A stretch of DNA of 64,000 nucleotides from Camelus dromedarius (lineage: Eukaryota): assembly GCF_036321535.1 (NCBI RefSeq), contig NC_087453.1, positions 23,560,001 to 23,624,000 on the forward strand. Reading direction: 5' to 3'. Below the pieces are notes generated by a model. The model did no database searches and had not been told where the DNA came from. It worked only from the letters and a program-made list of their open reading frames with translations. Numbering within the stretch: the first letter of the stretch is position 1; every line of letters starts with the position of its first letter. The position numbers and the translations under genes were made by a program. Below, piece after piece: positions 36,371 through 50,914 of this stretch.

Positions 36371-36389
36371 ACACCAGCAGGGGGCATTA
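36371..36389 (+). promoter_or_regulatory. Candidate CTCF site ACACCAGCAGGGGGCATTA
   Basis: Core CCAGCAGGGGGCA closely matches CCASYAGRKGGCR. Motif only. Confidence 0.55.
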
Positions 36390-37859
36390 TGAAATGAATA
36401 TGAAACATTTCTCCCCCTGCCTCAGCAGGACATCAAATGACAAGTACTAAATTGATATCCCAACAGACTTCAGGCTCCTTTTTCATCTTCCTGCTATAAC
36501 CAGAGCTTGTGCGCAAGCAGTGCAGGCTCTCTTCTTTTTAGAGTGCAACAAATGAACTTCAACCCCTCTTGAGAAGTGAGTAAAGAGGCAGCCCCAGGAC
36601 ACAGAGACAGTGGAATGAGGCTGCGGTGACTTATCACCCAGGAACCCACTGGTTGAGTAACTTTGGACAAAGCCCCAAGCAAAGATAACTGTTTAAATGG
36701 CTGCAGCAGCGGAAAAATCAGTTTAGTTGATTGATGTCCTGGGTTTCTAGTTAGTGGGTGGCTTCCAACCATGGCTCTGCCTCAGCTCCCAGAATTACTC
36801 CAATAAGTGATCTGCTCATCCCTAACTCTTCCCGGGAGGCAGGGAGGGGGCTGAATCAGCTCTCCAAGCCTGATTGGGATTTAACGGGGGCCAGTGGGTA
36901 TTTGTGCACTGGGTCGTACGGGGAAAGGAGGAGCAGATCTGTCAGGCTTGGCAGAAGTATCTGGCTCCTGCCTGGGGGTGTGGAAGAGAAAATAAAATCA
37001 GGAAAGAACTGATTGCAGAGTGAATGTCTTTCAATAATTTGAAAAGAATGTGAATCAAATGTTTCATAAAGCCTGTTTTTCTAACCACAACTTAGTCATT
37101 GAACTCTAGATTGGCCAAGGAGGGTCTCCAGATTGAAGAACAGTGATGGGAGGCTTGGGAGGTTTTGTCAAGGGGCCTAACTCAGTAGGAGGCATCTAGG
37201 ATAACTGGAAGAGAACACACTCTTCAATTAGCCAGACCTGGGTGCAGATATTGGCTCCACCATTGACTACCTATGGGACCTGGATCAAGTTGCTTAATCT
37301 TTCTGAAACTCAATTTCTTCATCTGTAAAACAGAATGATAGTAACAATACTCATTCTTCCAGCTATCTGCTTCTGCATTAAAAAAAAAACACATGTTAAC
37401 ACTTTATAACACAGAAAACAACCATTTAATTAAGCTCACAGATTCTTAGATCAGGAATTCAGACAGAACATAAAAGGTATGGCTTATTTCTGCTGCATGA
37501 AATCTGGGGCCTCAAATGGGAGAATCTAAATGGCTGGAGGTTAGAATAACCTGGAAGTTATTACTCACTCACATAGTTCTGGCTGGGATGACTCAAGGCT
37601 GGGATTATCTAGAACAGTGACTGGATTATTCACTTGAGGAAGGTAGACTTTTGAGGATTGGCCTCTTGGAGAGGTGGTGTTCTTGGTCTCCATCTCAGGT
37701 CTTATATTCAGCACCTTCTGAGACAGCAGAGGAGAATTTAAGGAATGTCCAGATAGATTCTATAAGGTACAGGAAGAATGTTTCCATGTAAACTCATCTG
37801 AGCTTCTTTTCAGCCAAGTGGTGACAACACCACCATAAGCATTTAACAAGTAACTGAAC

Positions 37860-38760
37860 CATAGAATTGTATACACTTATACACTGTATGCTAGGCACTG
37901 TGCCAGGCAATAAAAATATAGGGATAAGAGGGCAGACATGGTCCCTGTTCTCATGAACTTTAAAGTCAAACAGGGGAGAAATATTTCAAAACACATAATT
38001 AGAGAAGTGTAAAATTTCTGTAATAGAGGAGTCCCAAGGGCCCGTGAGAGAACAGGGAAGGTGCCAACCCTGCCTGTGTTAGGGATAGTTAGGGATAGCT
38101 TTCTTGAGGAGATGATATCCAAACAAAGAATTCATAGGTCTTATTGAAAGGAAGAAGGAGGTGATGAAAAACAGTTTGAAGAATGGGGATAGCATGTAGT
38201 GGAAAGGACTAAAAGAAAAAAGTAGTGTGGCTTCTTCAAGAGGTGAAAAAATGTGAGAGAGGAAAGCACAAGATGAGATTAAAGAGCAGGCAGAAGCCCC
38301 AGGATTAAGGACAAAAGCTAAGCCATGTCAGGGAACCTGCACTTTGTCCTGAGAGCAATGGAAAGTCACTGAAGGGTGTTGAGCATGGGCCTGATAAGGC
38401 TTTAACATAGAGAGCAGATTATATGGAAAGACGCTGGAAGTAGGAAACCAGTTGGGAGACTGGTTATCGTCCAGGTAGGACGTAATGGTGGCCTCTTTGA
38501 TGCAATGGTAGAATAAGAGCAGTTGACAATTCCCAGGGATACCTGGGAGGAATAATGGTGATTCATAAGCAAAGGGGAGTGGAAGAGATAAGAGTCAAAA
38601 AGACTTCCAAGGTTCTGTCCTGAGTACCTGGATGTAAGGGGAGTCAGAATCTCAAGAGTAAAAGCATGTTAGTAAAGAGAGGTAATGAGTTCAACTTTTG
38701 GTCTCTTGAGTTTGTGGTGCTTGTGATCATGCACATGGAAATGTGGGTCTTGGAATACCC
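37860..38760 (-). mobile_element. L2 LINE fragment
   Basis: GCTAGGCACTGTGCCAGGC...GAGCAATGGAAAGTCACTGAAGGG...TAATGAGTTC, reverse L2 signature. Confidence 0.65.
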
Positions 38761-40390
38761 TGGTCCTGGAATCCTGTAAGGATTTGGCTTTATTTGGAGA
38801 GTGGATGGAGTCATGAGGAGAGAGTTCCATCTCAGGCAAAAGCTCCTAAAAACTCAAAATCTGGCTTATTATTTTGAGTTCCCCAAATACAGCCAGCTTT
38901 TCCAGGGATCAGCTCAGGGTGCATACAATCTCCTACCATGTGTCTGCTCTGTGGTGTAAAGAGAACATGATGTAAGAACTCAGAAATCAAGGGTTCTCAT
39001 TAGACGTGGGAAGTAATGAGTTCTTTCTCAGTAGTTGTATTTAAGCACAGGCTTCAGAGAGATGTTGTATCAGAGATTTAAGCATTGGATAAGTAATTGG
39101 ATCATGTGATCTTTAAGAACTCTTAAAGCTCTAATCTCTAAGGACCCTTAAAGCTGTGATCTCTACTTATTGTATCTGCTATTTAAAAAAAAAATCTAAA
39201 TATCTCATGGCCCCAATTTCCTTATCTTCAGAAAAGGGTATAAAGTGATGATTTCAGAGAATCCTTCTAGCTTGGTAACTACAACTGTTTTGTCAACAGC
39301 CTCCTTGTTGATAGATCCAAAGGGCCCTTCTCAGTCCTTATCTTGACTGATCCCCACCCCTGTAAGTATTGTATACTGCTAATTACTCTCTGTTCCTTGA
39401 CTCACTCACTTTCTGGAGTTTCCAAGACAAAGAACTCTCCTCTGTCTCTCTGAGCACTCCTCTTGTGTTCTTTCATGGGCTCCTTTTCCTTAAACGGGGC
39501 TCCCTCTTTTTCTTCTCTCTCTTGACACACTCTCATTTACCACCATAGCTTCCATACCCACTAGATGCTTATGTATCAGTCAGTCACTGGAAAGGTATGG
39601 AAAGCCTGATCAAAAGTAATTTAGGAAATAAAGAGAGTACTGGCTCACATGACTGAAAAGTCCAGAGACTGAGCCCAGATTAACTGGGGGCTCAGACAAT
39701 TTCCCCTGAACACATTCATTCCTGGCATCCCTCAGTTCTGCTTTCTCTCTTGCTGATGTATTTCCAGACAGCTCTTTCTTCAAGGAAGCAAGAAGGCAGC
39801 AGCATCTTCAGATCTTATTTCCTAATGGATTAACTCCAATTAGAAACAAAGTGTGTCTCCCCAAGATGATGGGACAGAAATATTGGACCTCCTTCTCATT
39901 GGCAAATTCAGTTACAAATCTAACCCTGAATGAATCCTTGTGGCCAGGAGGAATAGGAGGATAGTTAGTTGCATTTACTCAAGGTCCACTTGTAAAGTTG
40001 AAAGTAGGTTAGTTCGTCTCATGTGGTCAAGAGTTGGGGATGGCTTGCCAGAGGCAAACAAATGTTGAGTGGCAAAAACAATAGATGCCAACCACAACTG
40101 AAGACTTCCAAACCTATCCTTAAGCCCAGGATCCTTCTCTTAACTTCAGACCCATGTGACAAATTGCCTTCTGACATCTCCATATGAATGTTTCACAAGT
40201 ATCCCAAACTCTACATGTTCCAAACAAAACTCAGTTCCCCAAGATCTGCTGCTCTATTTAAATTCACTCTGGCAGTGAATGAAATCACCTTATACCCAGT
40301 TACCTGATCCAGAAACTTCAGTGTTATACTTAACTCCTTCCTTTCCACAGCCCCACATTGAATCAACCACCACATCATCTTGATTCTAGC

Positions 40391-43300
40391 AAACTGTTAA
40401 AAGTAAAGTACACATGTATATTGTAATCCCTAGAACAACCACTAAAAACTCCATACAAAGAGATATAGTAAAATAAAACTGGAAAAAATGTAAATGGAAT
40501 ACAAAAAAAATTTCAAACTTTAAAAGAAGTCAGTTCAAAATGAAAACAGAACAAAGAAAAATGGAAGTCAAAAACAGAAAAGAATTTTAAAATAGGAGAA
40601 CTAAATTTAAATTTATTAATAATTACATTAAACAGAAATAATCTGAACACACCAGTTAAAAGGCAGAGGTTGTCAGATTTGGATTAAAAAAACACTAAAC
40701 TATATGCTGTCTACAAGAATCTGATTTTAAATTAATGACATAGGTAGGTTAAAAGTAAAAGGATGAAAAATTATATACCTTGCAAATACCAATGAAAAGA
40801 AAACTGGAGTATATTTATTAATACTAGACAAAGTATGCATCAGAGAAAAGAAAATTACCAGAGATGAAGAGAGGAACTAAAAAATAATAAAAGAGTCAAT
40901 TCACGAAAAAGATATAACATTCTAAATATGTATGCATCTGACAACAGAGCTTCAAAATACACTGAGTAAAAACTGCTAGAAATGGAAGGAGAAGTGAACA
41001 AATCCATATAACATTTGGATATGTGAACACTAGCCTTTCCATGACGGACAGAACAAGTAAGAGAATCAACAAGGACAGAGAAGAACTGAACACACCACCA
41101 AGGAACTAGATTGAATTGACATTTGTAGAATATTCCATCCAAGAACAGAAGAATGCACATTCTTTTCATATGTTCAAGGAACAATCACCAAAATAGACCG
41201 TATTCTGCATCATGAAATAAACCCTAACAAATTTAAAGAACTGAAATCACCCAAACAATATCTCTGAGTATACTGGGCCTAAATTAGAAATTAATAACAA
41301 AAAGTTGTCTGGAAAATCCCGCAAATACTTAGATAAAACGTGTTTGAACTTGCAAACAATCATGGGTCAAAGAGGAAGTCCCAAGAGAAATTAGAATATT
41401 TTGAAATGAAGGAAAGTGAAAATACATCACAAAATTTGTGGGAATATAGCTAAAGCGGTGTTCAGGGGGAAACTGCCTATCATTAAACGTATGTATGTGA
41501 ATAAAAGAAAGGTGTCAAATCAGCACTCTAAGATTCCACCTTAAGAAACTAGGGAAAAATATGTGTAGTTTACTGTACAGGAACNNNNNNNNNNNNNNNN
41601 NNNNNNNNNNNNNNNNNNNNNNNNNNNNNNNNNNNNNNNNNNNNNNNNNNNNNNNNNNNNNNNNNNNNNNNNNNNNNNNNNNNNNNNNNNNNNNNNNNNN
41701 NNNNNNNNNNNNNNNNNNNNNNNNNNNNNNNNNNNNNNNNNNNNNNNNNNNNNNNNNGCAAAATAAACCCAAAGCAATCAGAGGGAAGGAAATAATAAAG
41801 ATGAATATAAAAATAAAGAATAATAAAAAAATAAAGCTAGATATATAATAATAAAGGCCAGAAATCAATTAAATTTAAAACAAAATCAATCAAACCAAAA
41901 ATTGCTTCTACAAAATTATCAAATTGTTAAACCTCTAGCCAGACTAACAAAAAATAAGAGACAAATTAACAATGCCCAGAGTGAAACAGAGAATATCACT
42001 ACAGACCCCACAGACATAAATGGATAATAAGAAAACACTTTGAACAACTCTATACATTTAAATTCAACAACTTAGTTGAAATGGACCAATTTCTTGAAAG
42101 CCACAAACTACCAAAACTCACCCAAGAAGAAATAGATGACTAATATTCTTATGTCTAAGATATCAAACAAGTAGTTAAAAACTTTCTGAACAGTATGACT
42201 CCAGGCTCATATGGTTTCAACAAAATATTAGCAAATTACATACATGCATCTATATATAATATATGTACACACACACATGAACACATACACGTAATATATC
42301 TCCACCAAGTGAGGTTTATCTTGGGAGTGCAATGCTGGTTTAACATTTGAAAATCAATGAAACACACAATACTAACATAGTAAAGAAGAAAACCACATGA
42401 TCATATTTATTAATGCAGAAAAAGCACTTAAATTATACCCAACATCCATTCGTGATTTTTTTAAATGCTCTTAGCAAACTAAGATCATAAGCGGAATTCT
42501 TTACCTGATAAAAGGCATCTACAAAAAATCTACAGCTAACATCAGACTTAATGGTGAAAGATTAAATGCTTTCCCTAAGACTGAGAAAAAGGCATGAAGG
42601 TCCACTCTTGCTACTCCTATTCAACATTGTACTGTAAGTCCTAACCATTGCAAAAAGGCAAGTAACAAAAAATAAAAGGCATATAGATTGGAAAAGAAGA
42701 AATAAAACTGTCACTATTCATGGACAATGTGATTATCTATACAAAAAATTCCAAAGACTCTACGAAAAGAAAAAGCTTCTAGAATGAATAGGTGAATTTG
42801 TCAAGGTCACAAAATATAAGGTCAACATGTAGGTTATTTTTTTAAAATGTAATTATTATTATTACTCATATTTCTATATGCTATTAATAAACACCTAGAA
42901 AGAAGTTTTTAAAATAGTACCATTTACAATAAGTCCTTAAAAAGTAAAATATTTAGGTAAGTCTAACAAAACAGGTAGGGGATCTGTATGCTGAAAATTC
43001 CAAAACACTGATAAAAGAAGACTTAAATAAATGGAAAGTCATGCCATGCTCACTGATTAAAAGACAACATAGTTAAGGTATCAATTATCCCCAAACTAAT
43101 TGCAGCAGGAGTTTTTTCGGTAGATATAGACAAGATGATTCTAAAATTTATATGAGTCCCCAAAAGAACTAAAATAGCCAAAACAATTTGGATGAAGAAA
43201 ACAATGTTGGAGGGCTCACACTACCCAATTTTAACATTTATTACAAAGCTACAGCAACAAAGACATTGCAGTTTTAACAAAAGCACAGACATATAGATCA

Positions 43301-44420
43301 ATAGAACAGAGCAGAGAGCACAGAAAAGAGACCCACATCAATATGGTCAGTTGCTTTTCAGCAAAGTTGCAAAAGCAATTCAATGGAGGAAAAATAGTCT
43401 CTTCAACAAATGATGTTGGAATAGTTGGACATTCACATGCCAAAAATAAATAAATAAACAAACTTCAACTTATATCTCATCTTATACAAAAATTAACTCA
43501 AAATGATCACAGAAGAATGTGAAATATAAAACATTTAAAAGAAAACACAAGAGAAATTTTCATGACTTTTAGTTAGGCAAAGAGTTCATAGGCATGACTC
43601 ACTAAAAATTATTGATAAATTGGACTTCATGGAAATTTTAAATGTTTGCTCTGCCAAGAGAATGAAAAAACAAGCTACATATGGGGGAGAAAATATTTGC
43701 AAATCGTATATTTTGTAAAAGACTGTGTTCAAAATATATAAAGAAATCTCAAAATTTAGCAATAAGACAAAAAAATTGGCCAAATATTTGAACAGCTATT
43801 TCCCCAAAAAAGACCTATGAATAGTAAATAAGTGTATGAAAAGACGCCCAATATCATTAGCCCTTACGGAAATGCAAACCAAAACTATACTGAGATACCA
43901 TTATACATCAGTTAGAATGGCTAAAATTAAGGGAGAAAAATCCTAACACTATCAACTGCTGATGAGGATTCAGAGCAACTGGAACTCTCATACACTGCTG
44001 GTGGGAAGGAAAATGGTATGGCCACTCTGTCCAACAGTTGATAAGCAAATTGGACTATCAACTCAATACATTATTACTAAGCAATGAAAAAGAATGACTT
44101 ATTGATACACATAATAATACAAGTGTCTTTCAGAAACATTATGCTGAGTGAAAAAAGTCAGCATCAAAATACTGTATAATCCCATTTATATGACATCTAT
44201 ATGGCAAAATTATAGGGACAAAGAATAGATCTGTGGTTGTCAGGGGTTGCTGGTTGAGGGAAGGTTTGTCTATAAAGGTGCAGCATGAGGAAATTTGAGG
44301 GGATGATGGAACTCTTCTGTTCTCTGATTCTGGTTGTGGTTATTTGAATATTGCATGCATTAAACTTCATAAAACAGTATATCAGAAAAGTCAATGCCCC
44401 ATATGTAAATTTTTTAAAGC
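40391..44420 (+). mobile_element. Decayed L1M (L1MC/MD-like), about 4 kb: ORF2 remnants plus 3' UTR
   Basis: A-rich. Endonuclease-like start near 40680 (TATATGCTGTCTACAAGA), RT-region motifs (CCACATGATCATATT, CTATTCAACATTGTACT), old-L1 3' end. Many stops and frameshifts. Contains an N gap. Confidence 0.9.
41585..41757. other. Assembly gap (173 N) within L1
   Basis: N run. Confidence 0.99.
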
Positions 44421-44934
44421 CTCAATGACAGAAAACGGTAGAGCAATGTCTACAAAGTTCCCAACCCAAACCCGATAATTTTATACCCAGCCAAGTCTTC
44501 ATTTGTATGAATGAAATGGCAACACACATTTTCAAGTGTACACGAGTCCAGGAAATACAGGAGAAATAAGACATTCTTTAAAAAGTACTTATTTATGAAA
44601 TCCAGCCAACAAAGAGATGAGTCAAAATAAAGAATTCAGGAAACAAAAGGACAAGTGATGAGCACAGAATTATTTAAATACATAATTAAGATTAAACAGC
44701 TCCAATCATAATTATGATTGCCAAAAAAGACATCAATGTTCTAAACCTCAACAATATAAAAATAACAAAAACTTGCAAGTTTGGAAAGAGAAAATGAAAA
44801 GAATTGTAAGAGTGCTAATGCCATCATGTCTGATAACAGGGAGTGATTCCCATACTCTCTAGAATAAAAATTTACCTAAAAACTACTCTAATCATTTGTA
44901 TTTTATAACTTTTTCCCTTAACCTTAAAATGATT

Positions 44935-45200
44935 TTTTAAAATGTTTTATTTTGAAATAATTTTAGAGTTACAGGAGAGTTGAAAACAATAGTAGAGAAA
45001 ATGTGGTACACTCTTCATTAGTGTCCCCTGATGCTAACATTTTACACGACCATAATACAATGATCAAAATCAGGAAATCAACATTGATATAACACTACAT
45101 GTGAAACTATACACTTTATTAAAATATCACCAGTTTTCTCATTGAGGTCCTTTTTCCAGTTCAGAATCCAATCCAGGATCCCACACTGCATTTAACTGCT
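44935..45200 (-). mobile_element. L1MC4/5-like 3' end, reverse orientation
   Basis: TTTTATTTTGAAATAATTTTAGAGTTACAGG...AATCCAATCCAGGATCCCACACTGCATTTA. Confidence 0.6.
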
Positions 45201-45649
45201 ATAATAATTCCCTTGGAGTAATTGTTAAGAAATAATATCCCTTGGGGGAAGAAAAATTACTTGGAAATCAGCAATTACTTCAATTTCACTTCAGTTTTTT
45301 TTTCCTTTAAATTCAAGTGAAGTTAAATTATACTTTTATTTAAAACACTATTGCAACAACACCAGTGTCATGTGTCACAAGAGTTGAATGATTAATATCT
45401 CAATATTCATCAGGGAAAAAAAAACTGATCAGGGTGCTGAAATGTTCCCTGAAAATCCTTATTAGCCAGAGAGTAATACAATGCCCAGGGCTGTTGTAGG
45501 TAACGGGAAACTTGAAAAGTTTTCAGCACAGGAATGATCAGATTTGTCTATTTCACAACAAACCTGTGGCTGTTATGCAGAGGATGAATTTCAGGGCTAA
45601 ACCTGGAGGACGTAAGTTGAGGGGCTGTTATAATAAAACAGGTAGACCA

Positions 45650-46130
45650 TTTAGGAATCCATTTGGCTCTAAGTAACAGGAAACCCAAATAATAGTGGTT
45701 TACACAAAAGAGGGGTTTATTCTTCTCACAAGAAAATCAGAGGCCAGCAGTTACTGGTGTTATCAACTGTTTCACCGAGGACCCAGGCAGTTTTTGTTTG
45801 TTTGTTTGTTTGTTTGTTTGTTTTTGTCTTTCTGTTCTATTATATCAGCTTTCATCTTCATGGTTGTAACATGGCTGCCACTGCTCCAAATATCACATCC
45901 ATGTTCAAAAAAAGAAAAGTTCAAGGCAGATATAAGGCTCTACATCTATTTATTTTACCTCCAGGAGACTTTTCCTTTCATCTCCTTGGTCAGAACCATC
46001 ACATCTAAGTGCAAAAGAGGCTCAGAAAGTGAGTATTTAACCTGAGATTATGCACATTACAGGCACAGACAAAAATCATGACACTTCTAGAATGGAAGAA
46101 GGAGGGAATGTGTATGTTGGGTAAGCAATT
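45650..46130 (-). mobile_element. MLT1 (J/K-like) LTR
   Basis: GGCTCTAAGTAACAGGAAACCCAAATAATAGTGGTTTA...GGTTTATTCTTCTCACA...ATGGCTGCCACTGCTCC, reverse MLT1 signature. Confidence 0.6.
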
Positions 46131-47319
46131 AACAATGTCTGTCAGGGATGAGTTTAGGAGCCCCAAACTATGTCGGTGAATGGGGGCTGAAGATGAGCAG
46201 ATACATTCGAGATATATAGAAGATAGAAAAGGTAGATAGAACTGGGTGACTGACTGGCTATCAGGTATGAGAAAAAAAGAGAAATGAAGGAAGCCTCGCA
46301 GGTTTATGAGTTGGTAGAATAGGAGAAAGGGGGTGCTAGGACTGAAGGGGGAAATGCTACCTGCTGTTTCCTTGGGGCTCCCAATATACTGATCAACATT
46401 AACAAAGTGTTCCTTGATTAATTTTAAAATAACAAAAACCCCACCATCTAATAAGCACATACAATGGACCAGGCATGGCACCAAATGTTTTATATGCATT
46501 ATATCATTTAATCTTTGTTTCAATTCAGTGAGTTTGGTCTCTTTTGGTCATTGGAATATCAGCAATATCCAGAAAAGCACCCAGTACATAGTAGGTGCTC
46601 TAAAAGTATTACACAAAGGAAGAAAGAAGCAGGATCATCATTATTTTATGGTGAAAAACCTGAGGTTCAGAGAAGTTAAATGGCTTGCCTAACCTGAGGT
46701 CATATATCTGTAGAATGGGAGAGCCAAGAGTTCAGCTTAGCCCTGTGTGCTTCCACCATGGTTTACCATCTTCCTGTTAAACAAAGCTATGATAAACTCC
46801 CATTTCTTCAGAGAAAATGGAACCACAGGGAAACTAAAACCTTTTCAGACACCAAGCCCTTCCATAGTTTCCCAAACCCTGCATGATCTGGCCTCTCAAT
46901 GCCTCCCACTTCAGTCTCCTGTCACTCTCCCCTCCTGGCTGTGCTCCGGTCACTTTGCTCCTTGCTCACACAGGTCTTCTCTGCCTCAAAGCTGACCTCA
47001 AGTTCTTCCCTCTGCCCCGAAGTCTCCGTTCAGCTCCCAGATGGATGGATAGCTCTTTCTCATGCATCATCTCTCAGAGGCTTACCCTGACCCCTAGGTA
47101 CAGGATCTCTTAGCACCATCTTTTCTATAGCACTTCTTGGAGCCATTAACTAAAAAGATATTGGCATGATTACCTGTTTATTGTCTGAACTCATGCTAAA
47201 ATATGAGCTCCATGAAGGTAAAATATCTGACTCATTCACTATATTCCCACAGACCAGCACAGTTATCTGGTGCATAGAAGATGCTCAGTACGTATTTTAT
47301 GCCTGAAGGGATAGATAAA

Positions 47320-47575
47320 TGAATGTGGTAGATGGGTGGATATAATGGATAGATGGATACAATGAATGCATGAATGAATAAACAGATAAATGGATGGATG
47401 GATGGATGTTACAGATGAACAGACAGATGCTATGGTTGGTTGGTTGGTTGTTTGGTTGGTTGGTTGGATGAATAGATGAATGAATGGATGGATGGATGGA
47501 TGCATACATAGATGTTACAGAAGAACAGACAGATACTATGGTTGGTTGGTTGGATGGATGGATGGGTGGATGGAG
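47320..47575 (+). repeat. Compound (GGAT)n/(GGTT)n microsatellite with a 106-bp higher-order duplication
   Basis: GATGTTACAGA(T/A)GAACAGACAGAT(G/A)CTATGGTTGGTTGG occurs at 47405 and 47511. Confidence 0.9.
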
Positions 47576-50500
47576 AGGCTTGCTCCAGACCACTTATCCC
47601 AGAGGCTTCTCATCTCATATTCCCGGGTTTCCTGGCAGGCTGCCCCATGCTGCAACTTTTGATTACTTCCTCTTTCTTCCTTTGCTGGCAAAGACTGCCT
47701 GATTGGATCTTACCTGGGCCCACGCTGCTGGGAAAGTAGCCAAGAGACTCTAGATCTGACTTGGGTGTGTGGCAGCAAGAGACTGTGGGCCGATATGAAA
47801 ATATCTTCCCCCTCGGGAGCAGGTGGGCCCACGGCAATTACACAGTAGAAAGGGCTCTCGAAGTAAATCTGTCTTGCACAAACGGGTTGGAGTTAAATTT
47901 GACCTGAGCCATGAATCATGCTGTCAGTCTCCCATTCCACCGCAGCACGAGCCAGCAACCTTTGTGAGCGCTACTATTTATACAGATACAAATATATGTA
48001 TTTATACAGACAGAGGTATGTGTGCAACTAAAGCATTCTGATTAATTGTATCCTTGGTGAGAAAGACTTTTTTTCATCATCCCTCCTTTTGTGTTTAGTC
48101 AAAACTGGTTCAAGGATGTGGAGATAGAGGCCTGTGAAGGACCAGGAGTGCCAGCAGTGCGAGGAGGGATCAACAATTCATTCAGCAAACGTTTCCTGAT
48201 GCTGTCTCAGGAGGAGCACTTGGGAGTGGGAGTCGGGGGTTGGAGGGTATGAAAGTTAATAAGACGTGCTTTTTGCCCCCATGTTATTCAGAGTCTGGTG
48301 GGGCTGCTGCCTGACAGGAGGAAGGAGAGTGGGTGGTTAAGGATTTAGTCTCTGAAATCAAATAGATGGAGATTCAAATACCAGCTTCAGCATGTACTTG
48401 CTGCGTGACCTTGTTATTTAAAGTCTCTGAGCCCAAGCTCTCACCTCTATGGGTAAATATATATATGTACATATATTCTGAATATATTTATATTCTGTCT
48501 TCCGGAGCTTGTGTGAGTCCAGAATGAAACAGTGAGTGTAAAGCCTGGCACAGACTAAATCCTCAAGACTCATCACCATCATCATCATCACATCATCGTA
48601 ACCAATACTTCTTCAGCGTTCACTACGTGCCAGGGACAAAAGGCACTTACGTGTAGGAACTCACTCAATCCTCGGAGATATCATTATCCTCCTTTCTCCT
48701 CCCTCCTCCACCCACACCCCATTTTTCAGATGGAAGAAAGTGTTACACAAAGAGCTGAAGTGACTTGCCCAAGGTCGCACTTCTACTAACTGATGTCTCC
48801 AGGCCTCAGAATACAAACCCAGATCCAGAGGGTCACAGATCCACTCCAGGATTTCTTTAGTGCCCTTCTGGCACCCTCTTCTTCCCAGTGCTGATCCCCT
48901 GGCCCAGCCTTGAGGGAAATGGCTTCTTTGCTTACTCATTGTCATTAAGTACTAGGTATTTTATATACAGGAGAAACAGTATTGGGTCGTGTTTACGGCT
49001 TGAATCCATGCTCTTCTCTCATGTGGAAGAAAAGATCCCTAACAACAGTACTCAGATGGACATCCTACCTTGAATTTATGGGGAGGCAGGGTGTCCTGAG
49101 GAGCTGGGTGGTGGTTTGGAACAGCCTGACCCTGGTAGGTGGTCCAGGATGAGGGAGGGAGGGAAGGAAAGAGGGTGGGGGAGGGAGGGAAGGAGGGAAG
49201 GAGGGAGGATGCACAAACACACTGGTAGGACCCCACCCCATCACCGTTCTAATTCATCTCAGAACCAGAATGTACTCTTCTTCTTGTCTCAGTTTCACAT
49301 CACAGCAATCACCTCCTGACACTAAACAATCGTCTGGAGGGTCTCATGTTCCATCCACCCCAAGGAGCTTAACAACTTATTCTTTTAAACAATTTCAGGG
49401 CTCTCCAGGTCCCACCTCAGTCCAACAGACATCAAACCTCTGGGGGTAGGACCCAGGCATTGGTATTTTTCTTAATCCATCCCGCAAAACACTACCCATA
49501 ACCATTTCCACTACCCTTGAGTGCCTAACTCATATTGGCCTTTCCAGTCTCACTTCCTCCAGGAAGCCTTCCTGCTGGCATTCCCCAACCCGAGTTGGGT
49601 GCGCCTCCTCTAAACTCCCACAACGTACCGTATGTCTGTGTTCACACTTAGCACCTCAGTGAAATTGCGCATTTACTTTCTCTTCCCCTCTGAACCTTGA
49701 GTGTTACATCCATATTGTGTCTTATTTCAGGCATCTGTCCAACGAGTCTAGTACAAAGGTCTCCCCTGTTGTAAAAGAGCTTAGTAACTGTGGAATAAAT
49801 GAGCAGTTGAACATTAAGGATGCTTCTGGCTTTCTACTTTTATAAATAACAGTAAGCATCTCCATAAATATTTTCTTGTGTTTTAGAATATTTCCCCAGA
49901 AGTAGGGCTACTGGGACAAAGACACAAAGATTCATGTGTCTCTTGTTACAGGCACATGTATTTCCTCCATACTTCTCCCTTCCCTCTTCCTAACAAGACC
50001 AGGAATGTGTCACTCATAGAGTTTGGATAGGACTGACTCAACCCCTTGAGTAAATCTCTGATTTAATCCAATCAGGACATCTTACCATTTCTCCACACTC
50101 ACCCACTGCTGCACAGAGTGATGGATTTAGGGATGATTACGTGATCAAAACCAGGCCCATCAGCAGGACCAGCCAGACTCAGATCCGATACTTTTTTTCA
50201 CTATTAGGAAAATGTAGTCTTCTGACAGGAGTCAGAAAGCATATAGCCCTGGTACTGGTGACACCAGTTTTGTGGCCACAAAAGGAAATCCCATTGCTTG
50301 CTAAGGATTAGCACATATCCCTCCTTCCTGTAAGGAAGGAGAGGGGAGAATTTCAGAAAAAGAAACTGATGTGGTCACGCTGCTGCTGGATTACGCCTCA
50401 CCTGAAACTCGACTTACCCCTCACGTTTTGAGCTATGGGAGTCAATACATTCTCTTTCTTGTCGAAGCCACTTCAAATTGGATTTTTTGCTGTTGTTGTT

Positions 50501-50914
50501 TTTACTTTCAAACATAAGCATCTTAATTCATGTACTGTGCTGCTGCCAAACTGTTTTTCAGAGTTGTCAACATTTGCTATTAGGCTTAAATTGGTTTTAA
50601 CTTATTAGATAACACAGCTGCTTCTAAGAATTCAATAATTCAGGATATCAGGGGTCACAAAGATGCTAGAATGTTGATTCAATCACATTGCCGCCCCCCC
50701 CCCCCCCGCCAACCCCAGTGAGCAGAATATAAAGTCAAGTGTCATCTGTCACCCCTGACCTGGAAGAATGAGTAGATGAAAGACAAATTTCTATTCCCAG
50801 ATGGTGCTGTGAATTTTTTTTTTACATCTGCAAATTTTAAAAGTAACCTTTTCTGTTTTTTAAAATATAAAGCAATGCTTGTTTATCACAGGAAAATCAG
50901 AAAATAGCTATATT

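Noticed and set aside
37707-37727. Possible second RE1 (TTCAGCACC-TTCTG-AGACAGC)
   Set aside because: 5-nt spacer instead of 2 and a mismatch in the GGACAG core. Too weak to call.
41515-41868. ORFs spanning N runs (also near 28900-29240 and 61440-61940)
   Set aside because: Artefacts of translating assembly gaps inside L1 fragments.
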